In this document: positions 24,812 through 38,600 of the stretch, piece after piece
Position numbering within the stretch: position 1 is the stretch's first letter
Layout: every line of letters begins with the position of its first letter
Source of the DNA: Phoronis australis
Lineage: Eukaryota > Animalia > Phoronida
Length of the DNA: 64,000 bases
Assembly: GCA_002633005.1 (NCBI GenBank)
Contig: NMRA01000047.1
Location: 515,407 to 579,406 of the forward strand
Reading direction: 5' to 3'
The notes under the pieces: model-generated
The model's input: the letters and a program-made list of their open reading frames with translations, nothing else
The model's database searches: none
What the model was told of the DNA's origin: nothing
Program-made: the position numbers and the translations under genes

Positions 24812-27800
24812 TTACCAAAACACAACACGGTTGGTCGGATTCTGCACTTGGCGTTTCTTGACATTGCCTTGTTGCCTTCTGCTGTTGTTCACTCGGTTTA
24901 CCACAGTTTGTTGTTGATACCGCTAAATAAAAGAAAAACGATACATTTGAGAAATATGAGTAAAATTTAAAGATACTAAAGCCTGTTCTGGTGATTTCAA
25001 CAAGTCCTCGGTATGTCCTCTGCTAAGGCACCTGTGTCTGAATTACAAAAGAAGCATTCGACTGAAAACTCAGCGTGTCACAGAATGGATATTATTGTTC
25101 CTGGCGTGGGCTCTTTCTCAACAGTTGCTCGTGTAATTCACCTTAAGTGTAGGTCACGCTTGCCCAGTTAGCACACTTTGCTAGTTTTCAAAACTTACTC
25201 CAAGCTTTTGAGGGTCGATGAGGGTTACAGGGCATTATATTGTTACATAGAGCTGGATGGGAAAGCCGTTATCTGTTAATAGGCCAAAGCTGGGTTTAAT
25301 ATTCTTTTAAGGAGAAAAACAATTACCTTCTATCCTTATTCAGAACATCAAATATGTTTCCCAAAATTAATATTTTGAAGCCCGTTTGAGAATTAATACA
25401 CTATGCGTGTATTTTTGTGTTAAGTTTTTAAAACTAGGTAGACTTTCCAGTCAAACCATACCCGCACCAGAGGAAGATCCTAAAACCAACTTCGATACTG
25501 CCTGGGGTGGTTTACATCTGAGTAGGAATGTCTATGCCTCCCCAATGGACAGACCCATTTCCCAGGTCACTGAGAAACTTTAATAACAGTCTCCTAGGAG
25601 TGCCACTGCATATTTAAGAATGTTGAAAAACAACACAACTACACCTGGGCTGTAAAAGGTGTCATCAGGATCAGTATCGGGATAAAAATTCAGTTATAAA
25701 ACATCCTTGATCAACCTGAAAATCCATCTTTGGAAATATTTTTTGCACAAATCATGTAGGTCAAAAATTTTTATTAAATGTTGGTAAGTCATATTCAATG
25801 TTCTTCCGCTGTCACAGGAAGCATGACTTGTCTTGCTTACCAAATGTGAAAAAAAATCAAACAAAAGTGAGAATTTTTCTCCACTTAATATACACACAAG
25901 CATTTCTGTTATTTTTAATATACTAACTTCAACAGAGAATTGTTATTTTTGAAACTTAACAGAAGTGTGTGTTGTTAAACTCGGCCAGGTTGTTGGTTGG
26001 CTATTAGGTTATGATGCTTCACAAAACTGTGCGTTGTCAGAAAGCTACTACAAAATGCTCTACATTTGGTAAGTGCGCAGAGATAAACAAAAGCATTAAA
26101 ACAGGAGAAGGTCCCGGGTTAGAGTCCCTGTTGGGGCAGAAGTCTTTCCAAACTTATATTTATTAGGTCACCTGATGGCCACAGGTGGTGTGCTCACCAG
26201 ACTTAGAAATGTGTGTGATAAAACAGGAAAAATGACTCGCAACAATTCATGGCCATGTGGTGAATTTCTGGTTGGCCAACAGAAATTCAAACCTCTTTCA
26301 CACTAATTTAGAGACTAATATCAGCTACTACCTCTGACACCAAGATCAACTCCAACAGGGCTCGTTTTAATCCTTGGGGGATCTAACCTAAAAATAAACT
26401 TGGAAGACACTTTCAGGTTACAGTAATTATCTCTTATTATTAGGGAGACTCCTGACGGTTCTGGTCCACGGGCAGGCCCCAAGTAGCAGCTAATACTGAC
26501 CCTGAATACAATTGCAAACTGTAAACCACAGGAATTCAATTAAACTACTTACATTGTTCTTAAATACTCTCTTTCTGTTGCCTTTGCTATTCATAGTGCT
26601 GAACTGGAAGAAAACAAAACCGGCCAGTGACAGTTATGCATTAACAGATATTGTCTTCTAATATCAGACTGAGTTTGTCTTTATTATGAGCACTTCGTTG
26701 ACTAATTGCTGTTTCTAATAACATACCAAAAATGCACATTAATTCAATAAAAATAAATAGCAATTTGTGTTCAATAATATAAGGAATTCAATGTAGAGTT
26801 CACTCTCAATTTGTATCAAAGCCAAAAATTGACTTAGTAATGAAACTAAAACAGTATAATCGTTTTTTTCACAAGTTCACAAATACACAGTTTCAGGGAA
26901 CTTAGTCGAGTCCCTATTTGGTACCGTTTCACACTGAGGTTTGCAGGGGAATAAACCTACTAGCAACCGAGCTCGTAAAAATGCGTCAAAATCATGGTTA
27001 GATAATGCAGGGTTAAGCCTATCCTATCGGCACTCAAACATTGACTCAGACATTTGTTCCAGTTGTAGAACACCTAAAGGTGGCAAGAGAACAGGAACTT
27101 AAGCTTGACTGTTGACTCAGTGACCAAATCATTCATATAGGTTTCAAATAAAAAAGAGAAAATTACAAAAGATTCTCTATTTAGAGTCTGCCCATGTACA
27201 TAAAACTTGTATTCCCTTAGGTTTCACAAAAAGAGCTAAAAATATAAAGAAATTCCTGTGCAATCAATGTTGATTAGTCATGAACCTTGCAAGTACGCTA
27301 AACACCAGTTGTGTAAACATCATGGAGAATTCACGATTTCGAAAATACTTTTCAATCCTTTTAAGGCAACCGCATTAGTCAGATCAATTGTAACACAAAC
27401 CAGTGACAGTGACCTATTTAGTGTTCAAGGGCTTCTAACATTGTTGTGATTACATGCAATGGGAGACCTTGAAATAGAAACATGGCGACTGGTCATGTGG
27501 GACCTGATGCCAGTGGCCTCTAGAGGCACTTTATAGGACACATCGCGTCTAATCACATACATTGTAAAAGGGTCTTTTTAAAAGCCAAACAATTCCCCTA
27601 TGCCACGCGATGCGAAGACATAGTAACTCCTGGTACAGCTATGTGGCGATATGAGTCACTTGTCATATGTGACCAGCCCTCATTGCTTCCTGAAAGTCTC
27701 CCATTCTCAAAACAGTGCCTGATGGTATCTACATTACAATATTTGTTGGGGATACTTCGCTTTTATGAAAATGAGAGAAAATTAATGTCCACTATATTAT

Positions 27801-30800
27801 GTTCAAAAGAACGGTAAAATTCGCAAAAGTGGGATCCAACCAGACCAAAAGATTTCATAGCCTGAAGGCCATTTCACAAATTTTATACGAGGTTCACACA
27901 AGTGGCAAAACCCTAGTAGCTTCACCGGCTAAAACGCTAGGTTAACACTAGCGTTTTACCCAGACAGACAAGCTGCTCCAGAAGAGGTAATTTTCACAAG
28001 CAGTTTGTTTGTTTTCTCACCACCTGAGTCACTTGTGAGAGAAAAATAATGTCAAAACACGTTCACTCTGTCAACAATTAATTGATATGATGATAGAACA
28101 AATGCGCATATGTGTCCTTTAAAGTAAGCGATCTGGCTACAAAAGTGCAAGCAGAATCGCCAGTAGTTTTGGGTAACTTAAACTTCCAACAAAGCGCCAG
28201 CAAAACTGACCTTTGCAAACATTCGCAGTACTGGCATTTTTGCTGCGAGGGAAAGTATTTGCAAAAACGCTAGCATTTTAACTAGCATATGAACCAGGCA
28301 GTGCTGTATTTTACAATTCTTGTCTTACATTTGTAGTGAAGGTGTTGGTATTCTGCTGTTGCCTTCTCTGCCGAGCCTGATTCGCTCGTTGTTTCTTCTG
28401 GATGAACACCATCTGGTTGTTGGCTGCCTGGGGCTGCCTGCTGCGTCTGCCCTGTTGTTGCCGGAAGCGTGGCTGAGTGGTCTGCGTGTTCTGTCGGTAA
28501 CTGGCTCCATACGGCTGTCTGGGCTTGTTGGTCTTCCACCTGAAATTGCACAGGAATTGAGTAGACTGCATTGAAGACTTTCAGTGATGTGTTTGTTTTT
28601 TTCAAAAGGCAACCAACCCCCAGGATATCAGAAGGTAAACAAAACAATTATTTGAAAGTTATGCGCTCAAAATCTTTGGCAGAGAATGTCAATTATCCAA
28701 AACAACAAATTTTACATGCCTTTTTCAAAAACTACTACTATATTGCAGTAAGCTTCCCAGACCTGCTAATTTTTATCTAAAAGTTCACTCTACACGGTGA
28801 ACAAGTGAAGATGGGCATTTCCATGGAAGTAAATTTCTCTCTTATACACAAGGTGGCAGCACAAGTCACATGAGACCAGTCGCCATTAAACTTAATAAAT
28901 ACTTATAGATCAAAATGGCAGCACGTGAACCTTGGAGTAGCAGTTTATGGGATATCCTCACATCAATCCTTTCAAATCAACAAGTGACCGGAACTTTGTC
29001 TTTCTGCCCGAGTCAAGGAGGCCATTTCCCACAGTTCATTGCAGCTATGACTTCTTCCTCTATCCATATCAAGGTCAATTGTTTTGTGAATGTCTCAAAA
29101 CAGCTCAACTGCCAGAAGGATTGCAAAGGACTTTGAGCAAAGTTTAACTAGCGCATGAACAGTGTGCATTTGCCATTGTTGATGTATGTTACATACACTT
29201 TGGGTCAAAATCACTTGCTAAAACCTCGGTCAAGTTGGCAAAACCTTGGGCAAATACACAGAAGAGTCCGTACTTAAAATTGAGCTATTAAACACTTTTG
29301 TGATATCACGATCCACTTACTGCCTTTGCTGTGCCTTCTGTGGCTGTTGAAATGTCTGTCGCCTTGCCACGACCTGCTGTTGTGCCCTCTGTTGTCTTGC
29401 TCTCTGTTGCTGCGTTTTCTGTTGACGTGGTCCTTGTACAGGGCGTTGTCGTTGCTGTTGGATAATTACGTCAGATCTCATAAAACCGCCACTTTGGAAA
29501 TTTCTGTTGAGTTTCCGTCGGTTCTGGCCTTGCTGCGACTGAGTCTGGTTCACCTGCAATGGCATGCATTAAGATCATTAATTGAAATAGATCAATCCAA
29601 ACTTTTCCATGCTTTATAAATGTATAAGTACATTAAACTTGTACTGGCATCAAAAGAGCAACTCAAAAACTCCCCGCATTTACTGTCACCTCTGTGCGTT
29701 AATATTGAACAAATTGCTGACGTAAGACAGACATGACTATTCAAATCAATATTAATCCAGCTGCTTTAAAATCAAAATCAAAATGTCACTTTTGTTTGTC
29801 TCTAGTTGTTAAAGTGTCCCCAATGAAATATGATGATGGGCACTATACGACAAGGGTTCAGTTTGGTGGGTAATGCTATCAGGTGGGTAACTGTTGATCT
29901 ACTGCTGCTTTTAGTTTACAGCAAAATTGTTCTATGACAAAATTAATAGGTAGATTTATAGTTCCTTTATTTTTTAAAAGCGGAATCTTGCATAAACTCT
30001 GAATTACTATGTATTGGCAATTTTAAACATTCTAACAAACAGCATTTTGTATTTCCAACAGTTATGACCAGGAGGAATTCATCAGCTGATTTTACAACTA
30101 GTTTCTTCACCGTAAACTTGATTTTGTCAACAACAAAGTAGGCAAAGTTGATGACCCTTCCCAAAAGTAGTGACCTCACACTCTGTGCAACATTTACCTG
30201 CAGCCCACGTCTCTTGGCGACCTGTTGACCTCGAGCCCGTTTCTGTTGCTGCTGTACAGCGGTCCTGCCGCCAAGGGTCTTCTTGGCTCTCTGGACCAAT
30301 GCATTAGCTCTTACATTCCTGTTCTGTCGAGAAGTAGCATTACCCTGTAATCAACTCATTGTTAGTTGGTAAATTCATACAATCTCCAACTAAAAACAAA
30401 AACAACCACTCGCATCAATTTCAGCCACTTCCTGTGTGCTTTTTATTCTGGAAAACTGCATAAAGGCACATAAGCAAGGATTGAAATTACATGTTTTGCT
30501 AAGCACTGGGTAAAAACATATTAATCCCAGATCGCTTGCTGATCTTGTGTGGATTTACTTTACTAAAAAGGTGAGGAACTAAAATATACTGCACTACAGA
30601 CTCGACTCAAAAAAACAAAGACCAGAACCGACCATGTCTTTTTGTCCATTTATGAAAAACATCAATTTTGAGGTGTTTGGCCAACTTTTTCCAAATGTGC
30701 TCTGCTTCCTATCAATAACCAATTTTGAGTTAGTTTTCATTGTAAGGTTTTAATCAACGTGTTTTAAGGTTTTAATGTTGTCACCCAAATGAGAGCGAGA

Positions 30801-32303
30801 TGCCCTTCAAGAACAGGATTGCCTTTCGATAGAGGTTTATACACTTCAGGACAAAATTGAAATAAGATACTCTATAAGCGCAGTTAGTAAACATTTTCTT
30901 ATTTAAAGTCAAAAATAAGACATTTCAATGTTTGGAATGAATCAAATTCTTTTCTTCCAAGCTTAATGAAAATTTTGTATATTAAAATGTTTAAATAAAA
31001 ATCTCGCAAACTTTTCAAATGGATTCAGCTTTATAGCACGGAAACGCAATAGTCTGTCTAGATTAAGGGATAACATAAAAATCAAGGTACTAAAATAATT
31101 GTCACAATACCTGTTTCCTGGAAGTATTTTTCAAGTTAGTTCTGAGAGCTTTCAATTTTCCTTGTGTTCTCACTGCTGCACCTTTCTTTTTCAGTTGCAA
31201 CTGTTTGGCTTTCTTTTGTTCTTTCCTGTTAAGCTTGATGATGTCATCTGAAATTTGTGCAAATAATGCAGTTACACTCCTTCACAGGCAACGGTCACTT
31301 TCAGGGGTCCCACACATTGAGAACCAGTTTTCACTGCTGAATAACTGGTATCAAACTGGTTCTCAAAGTCCAGGACCCGTGTTAGTGGCTATTGCCCATT
31401 CATCAATATTGGGTACTGTCAAAAAATGTACTCTTTAATAAGCAAGACCAACAAGAGGAAATGTCATCTTTTTATTTTCAGTCCCCACGTGCTAGGTTGA
31501 GTTCAGCTCCACCTCTTATCCCTCCTCCATGCTTCATAATTGCCCACAGTACGACCAATGACAGCGCCGGCAAAAGCGAGTATACGCACTTCCCTGTCCA
31601 TAGATGGCTGAATGTTTTACAAACAAGGAAAATGAATTTGAAAGGAATGGCATCAAGAACACACTTGTTCTCATGAACAAGTATTAATTGTCACCCAGAA
31701 AATAGGTGTTCGTGTTTCACACTCAAGAACACAAGTATTTTTGGGACGATTTTTTTGACAAAAACACCCGAGTTCCCGCAAAAATTTTTCAACCTCACGG
31801 ACACTGCTTGAGACACGGCTTCGATTACACAATTTTGTCTTCCTGTAATGTCACACGCACCTAGACGAGGGTCAACGTGTTGCCTAAGTTTCGGTGGACT
31901 CCCTGCCTGCACAGCTGATTTCATTATGATGAAATTAGCGGGGATAGCGAAAAAAATCGCCTTTTAAAATTTCATTGCCTTTGTATTTTGAGTCCATTTA
32001 CCCAGTCTAGCTGTGCTGGCTCAATTCATACAGTGGTGTACTATCTACTTAGGCGATTACACTGCCAATGGATGCCGACACCCTGCATAGCCAGCCGAGG
32101 GCGAGGGGCTACGTGTTGCCTCACTGACTGTCAACTTAGGTTAGCCTCACTTTGGCAAAGATACTATAAAATCTTTGGCCTCAGTCAGTAGACAATTTAG
32201 AGGATTGAATGACCCGTTAGTTCGTCCAATTTCGTGTCTACTTCAGTCTTATCACAAGTTACTAACCTAATGACATGTCAATTTTGTCCATTGGGTTTGA
32301 CAT
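24812..32303 (-). CDS. FYTTD1: UAP56-interacting factor (UIF/FYTTD1)-like mRNA export adaptor, about 308 aa, Q/R-rich and low-complexity
   Basis: Minus-strand exons 32303-32267 (MSNPMDKIDMSL), 31247-31111 (DDIIKLNRKEQKK...), 30344-30198, 29553-29321, 28539-28329, 26603-26553 and 24922-24812 (...TNRVVFW*). Total 927 nt with consistent phases. The N-terminal DKIDMSLDDIIKLNRKE is the UAP56-binding motif in its UIF form. No RRM was found, which argues against ALYREF. The gene name rests mainly on that motif. Confidence 0.78.
24971..25306. mobile_element. TTAA-flanked Kolobok-like MITE, copy 1
   Basis: TTAA|AGATACTAAAGCC ... GGGTTTAATATTCT|TTAA. The interior (GGTCACGCTTGCC...CTTTTGAGGGT...GCATTAT...TGGATGGGAAAG) is shared with 45722-46022. 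Confidence 0.7.
31310..31400 (+). repeat. Short dispersed hairpin repeat, copy 2
   Basis: CATTGAGAACCAGTTTTCACTGCTGAATAACTGGTATCAAACTGGTTCTCAAAGTCCAGG...CTATTGCCCA, homologous to 10160-10250. Confidence 0.65.
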
Positions 32304-32688
32304 GATGAACAGCTCGCCCCACAACACAAGACGTCAGCCGAGTTCGACTTTTGCCGAACAAAACTCACCAGAGATGGCGTACAAGTTTACACCACGTGAC
32401 TAGCCTCAAATTATTTTTGTCATCAAAAAGCCACATAAGATTCTATTTTTGGCTATTCATCATAGATTTTTTGTATTTTTATTTTTGAACAATTTTTTTA
32501 CGATTTATTAATTGTAAATTTCATAAACATATACGAATGCATTTGTCTTCTTTGTTATTTTGTGTTCCGGTCTCGCTTTGCGCCTGGAATTCGACACGAT
32601 TTGTGACTGTGAGAGGCAAATTTCAGACTAAATTTACTGCTGAACTGTTGTTTCTGCATTTTGTAGGTAATCAACTGTAGTTGAAAAA
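32304..32688. promoter_or_regulatory. Probable bidirectional promoter/5'UTR region shared by the UIF-like gene and CAND1
   Basis: The divergent start codons are only 385 bp apart. The region has an E-box CACGTG(AC) at about 32393 and a YY1-like AGATGGCG at about 32371. Function is inferred. Confidence 0.6.
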
Positions 32689-35600
32689 ATGGCTAGCATG
32701 TCGTACCACATAGCAAATCTTCTGGAGAAGATGACATCTAGTGACAAGGACTTTAGATTTATGGCGACAAATGATTTAATGACCGAGCTACAAAAAGATT
32801 CGATCAAACTTGACGATGACAGTGAAAGAAAGGTCGTGCGTATGCTCCTGAAGCTGCTAGAAGACAAAAACGGCGAAGTGCAAAATCTAGCCGTTAAGTG
32901 TCTTGGTCCTCTGGTAAATAAAGTTAAGGAATTCCAAGTAGAAACGATTGTGGACACTCTTTGCAGTAACATGTTGTCTGACAAAGAGCAGCTGCGAGAC
33001 ATCTCGAGCATTGGATTAAAAACTGTCATTAGTGAGTTACCACCTGCATCAACTGCTCAGGCAGCTAGTATTTGCAAGAAAATAACTGGAAGGCTGACAA
33101 GTGCTATTTCCAAACAAGAAGATGTGTCAGTGCAACTTGAAGCTTTGGATATACTGGGTGACCTGCTAAGTCGGTTTGGAGGCTTGTTGATTAGTTTTCA
33201 TTCCTCAATTCAACAAGCCTTGCTTCCGCAGCTGTCTAGTCCTAGACTTGCGGTACGTAAACGGTCTATTATTGCCATCGGATTCCTCGTCATGAGCTGT
33301 AACAACACTTTGTTTGTTGAACTTATTGATTTCCTATTGGCCGAACTTTCAAAAAATGCATCCACGTCTACAACACGAACCTACATTCAGTGTGTTGGTG
33401 CAATAAGTCGTCAAGCAGGCCACAGGATTGGAGAGCACTTGGAAAAAATTATCCCTCTCATTGTTAAGTTCTGTCAAGTAGAAGATGATGAACTACGTGA
33501 ATACTGCATTCAAGCGTTTGAGTCCTTTGTCAGACGATGTCCACGTGAGGTCTCGCCACATATCCCCACTGTAATTGAGCTTTGTCTGAAGTACATCTGT
33601 TACGACCCTAACTACAATTACGATGATGATGATGACGACGAAAATGGCATGGATACAGAGGGTGATGAAGATGAAGATGGGTAATGGTTGTAACCAGTTA
33701 GGCATTACATGCACATTTCTGTAAAATAAAGCTGTTATACGTTTGAAAGTTACCATATCTCGTGATCACAATTAAGTTTTTTTAATTTTTGCTAGACTAG
33801 TAGTATAGGAATATCGGGAGACATGTGAAGTATTCTATTTTGAAAACTCCATGTGTTAAGTGGTTTTCATCTTACAAGGTCAACGGGATCATGAATTTCG
33901 GCCTGTGCACCTGGGCAAAGATACTGGATTGCCTATTTGCCTTCATGATTTACCGTGCAAAGATACTGGATTGCCTATTTGCCTTCATGATTTACCGTGC
34001 ATTCAGTAGGAGGGATGTTAAAGTTATCTATTGTAGACACCTCCACAAATCTACGCTCTTTAATTTCTGAGCAACTTTGTTAAGAGCGCCCTCAATTGTT
34101 TTGTCAAAGAATCATCCTGGCATGAATTTTAAAGCGGCATTTTGTCTAGTTTAGGTGGATAAAAACGAGTACTGAATTAAAGTTTTTACTCTTGTAAAAT
34201 TAATCATCAGTAATATTCCTTACCAGATTTGTTCCCGTTTCGGTCAAGAGAATCGAAGCTCTCAGTAACTCAAGAAAAAGCCTAAGAGATTATTGGGGTT
34301 AGCCAATCCTAAATTGCAAACTCGAACATGGTGCTAGTCACATTGCTGCCTCATCCTGCAATTACTAAAATCAGATGATCGTGGTAATATTTCTAAATCT
34401 CAACATTCTTCCGTACAACATTGGCAGTTAAAGAAGGGCTATAAGTGGTAGCATAAAGATTCTGAGCATTTCTTTAGGTTTTAAATATAAAATGTATTAT
34501 ATTATTCATCAGGAATAGCTCCCAATGCCCACCCTACTATTATCAGCCATCGACAGTATGAAAATCCCAATAGCAGACTGAGCAGAGAGCTGGTCGCACA
34601 GCCTTGAAGGCCAAAATAGCAAATAAGTCGACTTTTGCTTTTGCTCCCCGGCTGTTTTCTGTTCTACAGTTTTTCTGGGCTGTGTTACTCATACTCAAGT
34701 GAGTGGGACTAATGCAAGTTGGCCAAAATCTTAGCCCCACAATTTTTCAAATTTCAAGTCGCAAATGCAGCTCATTGTGTCAAGCACTCGTTATTATAAT
34801 TTTTATTTTCAAATGCCCACATGGTTGAATGTCCGCTTCAACTTGCTGGCCCTAGTTTTATGTTATTCAAAAACATCATAGAAATCAGTTTTAGCAATCC
34901 TGAAATTCTATTTATTTCCGTTTTGCAAATGAGGAAATTCCGCCTTACTATTTTGAAGTCGGATAAATAACATAAAAATGGTCTGGGAATTGCCTTGTAA
35001 ACATTTTCTGCTGAGTTACGTGCCGCAATTCCATTTTAAAACCAAAACCTTGTTGCATGCTGTTTTATTATTTTTTCAAATATGTAAAAGAAACAGCATC
35101 ACCTTCAGAAAGAATGACCGTGATGTACTGAAACACGTCTTCTGCAAAATGGTTGTCGATGATTTTGTGACCAGAATCGTCAAATTCGATAGATTATATA
35201 TCCTTAATTTTTCTTGATTAAAAACCAAAAATATTACTTTCATGGTATCAGCTATATATAAACTCTGTTTGAAATCTTGAATTGTGCGGAAGAAGTCAGG
35301 CTCTGTGAATTCCTTCCATTTTTTGTTATTGCGGCAAACCTGGATCTGGATCGATGCAGTTGCTATGATATCTTCAGTAATGCCACTGTGAGCCTCTCTT
35401 TGTAAATAATATACTCAAATAGCTTGTCACAGTTCATTGTCTAGCAGACGGTCAATTATTTGGCTTTTGCACTTGAAGCGGTCAACAAAAATTAAAAATA
35501 AATCCATGTTTAAAGTGGTGCTGTAATGTCAATTCATTCCTTACTCTAATTTTATGAAGTCATTTCTGAGCAAGGGAAGAAGTAGCAGTTTGTTCTTGCC

Positions 35601-38600
35601 TGAGGTTATGCGTAATTCATTAAATGACCAACAGGGTCAACTCAGCTTATGAAACTTGGTTTCAAGCTTGGATATGACACTTCTTCCGAAAGTTAAAAGT
35701 TTATTTGAGTTGGAAAAAGTTGTGACCAGTTTGGTTCAGTAAGTGGTCTAAACCAACAGTTGGTGAAATTGTCAGGTTTTTAGAATTCTTTAAGTCTTGC
35801 ACATGGTTAAGCAAAATATTTCTGCATTTTATTTAAGATATCCTTGATTTTATCTTAACTGGTGTAAAATAAGACGACATCAAGGACGTATTCTGAACTT
35901 TTATTTTGCAAACTGAAATTTTTGTTCTTCTCCAACTCAGCGTGCTATGGGTCTTTAAGAGCTAATTTGTGTTCTCTTACAGAGAGAGTGATGATGATTA
36001 CTCAGATGATGACGACATGAGCTGGAAGGTGAGGCGATCGGCAGCGAAGTGCATCACTGCCATTATATCCACCCGTCATGAAATGCTTGCTGACCTGTAC
36101 CGCACTGTCTCACCTGCACTCATCAATCGCTTCAAGGAAAGAGAGGAGAATGTCAAGGCAGACATCTTTCAAGCTTATGTCACGCTCCTTCGTCAAACAA
36201 AGCCGACAATTTCAATGGACCCTGACTCCAGGGAGAAGCAGGAAGGCCCCAAAATGTTGCTGAAGTCTCAAGTGGACTTGATTGTCAAGGCTATCCATAA
36301 GCAACTGAAAGAGAAGAGCATCAAGACCAGGCAAGGTTGCTTTGTCCTTTTGACCGAATTAGTGTTGGTCCTGCCTGAGGCGTTGTCCCAACATGTGGCT
36401 GCTCTTGTGCCAGGCATTCAGTATTCACTCGGTGACAGAAACACCAGCTCCAACATGAAGATCGACACCCTGTCATTCCTTAATTGCTTGTTGGCCAATC
36501 AGGATCCCAAGGTGTTCCACCCCTTCATTCATTTGCTGATGCCAGTCGTTATGGCGGCTGTGAATGACCCATTTTACAAAATTACCTCCGAGGCTCTCCT
36601 TGTCACGCAGCAACTTGTCAAAGTGATGAGGCCACTTGATCAACCAGAGTCCTTCAACTACCGCGACTACATAAAAACCTTGTACCAGTCTACCCTGTCA
36701 AAGCTCAAAGCTTCTGACATTGACCAAGAAGTCAAGGAGAGAGCCATTTCCTGTATGGGTCAGATAATCTGTAATCTAGGTGATCAGCTGTCCTCTGAGC
36801 TTGCCACATGTCTGCCCATTTTTCTGGAGCGCCTTAAAAATGAAATCACACGATTGACGTGTGTGAAGGCCTTGACCATGATTGCTGGATCCTCTTTGAA
36901 GGTGGATCTAACGTGCATACTGAAAGAAGGAATTCCCATCCTTGCATCGTTCTTGCGCAAGAATCACAGAGCCCTGAAGTTGAGCACTCTTAGTTGCTTA
37001 GACGTGGTCCTTCACAATTATGGCTCAGGTTTGTCCTCATCAGCTATCTTGGATGTTATTAAAGAATTGCCCCCACTTATTAGTGAGGCTGATTTGCATG
37101 TATCTCAATTAAGCCTCGTTCTTCTCACAACGGTCTGCTCTGTCAACAACAAGTGCATTGCCCAGTTGTCGGAAAGCATATTGTCCCAATTATTCCTATT
37201 GGTCCGCTCACCTCTTCTGCAAGGAGCTGCTCTTCAGTCTGTGTTAGATTTCTTGCAGGCTTTGCTCAAGGCCTCTCCATCTGGCCTTGGCTTCAAAGAG
37301 TTGATACAGATGCTGACAAACCCTATATACAATCCAACTCCAACAACTAAGTCATCCAATTCTAGCCTCGCTGTTCACAAACAAGCTTTTCAGTCAATTG
37401 CAAAGTGTGTTGCATTGCTTACAATTATTTGTCCAGCTGAAGGCAAATCCGTTCTTGATCAGTTTGTAAAAGATGTCAAAACGTCTTCGTCATCAGACTC
37501 AGTGAAGTTGTTTGGACTGCTTGCTCTTGGTGAGATTGGTAAGCATACTGATCTCAGCAACCAAGGAGAGCTGGAAATGGTAATTCTCGATTCGTTTTCC
37601 TCATCAAATGAAGACGTCAAGTCTGCTGCAGCCTTCGCTCTTGGTAACGTCAGTGTTGGTAACCTTCCCAAGTATCTGCCCTTTGTTTTGGATGCAATTG
37701 AGTCTCAGCCCAAGAAGCAATATCTGCTCCTCCATTCTTTGAAAGAGATCATCAGTTGCGAGTCGATAGGTGCAGAGGTCATTGAACATTTCAAGCCCTA
37801 TATGCCCATCATCTGGTCTCTGCTCATGAACCACTGTGAGTGTCCGGAAGAGGGCACTCGGAATGTTGTTGCAGAGTGCCTAGGAAAGCTCTGTTTGCTA
37901 GACGCGGAAAATTTACTACCCAAGCTTCGTGGATATCTAGATTCTGGATCCTCGCCAACCCGGTGCACTGTCATCACGGCAGTGAAGTTTACCATTACCG
38001 ATCAGCCTCAAGCGATAGATCCTTTATTACGCAGCTGTATCGGCGATTTTCTGAAATCACTGCAAGATCCTGACTTAAATGTCCGCCGTGTGGCACTTGT
38101 AACTTTCAACTCAGCTTCTCACAACAAACCGTCTTTGATTCGGGATCTTCTGCAGGCCGTTCTACCCCATTTGTACGAGGAGACAAAAGTTCGAAAAGAG
38201 TTAATTCGCGAAGTGGAGATGGGCCCCTTCAAGCACACGGTAGACGACGGTCTAGACATCAGAAAAGCCGCATTCGAATGCATGTACACTCTGCTTGATT
38301 CTTGCTTGGACAGGCTGGACATCTTCGAGTTCCTAAACCACGTGGAAGATGGATTGAAGGATCACTACGACATAAAGATGTTGACATATCTGATGCTGGT
38401 TAGACTGGCTCATTTGTGTCCCAGCGCCGTTCTTCAGCGTCTCGACCGGGTCATCGAACCACTGAGAGCTACGTGCTCGACGAAAGTAAAAGCCAACTCT
38501 GTAAAACAGGAATTTGAGAAGCAAGACGAGCTCAAACGGTCTGCCATGAGAGCTGTGGCAGCTTTGCTCGCGATACCCGATGCCGATAAGAGTCCCTTGA

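Noticed and set aside
28282-29619. Leu-rich + strand ORFs and alternative-frame ORFs over the UIF-like exons
   Set aside because: These are antisense or off-frame shadows of CAG/CAA-rich codons. Splice phases select a single frame.
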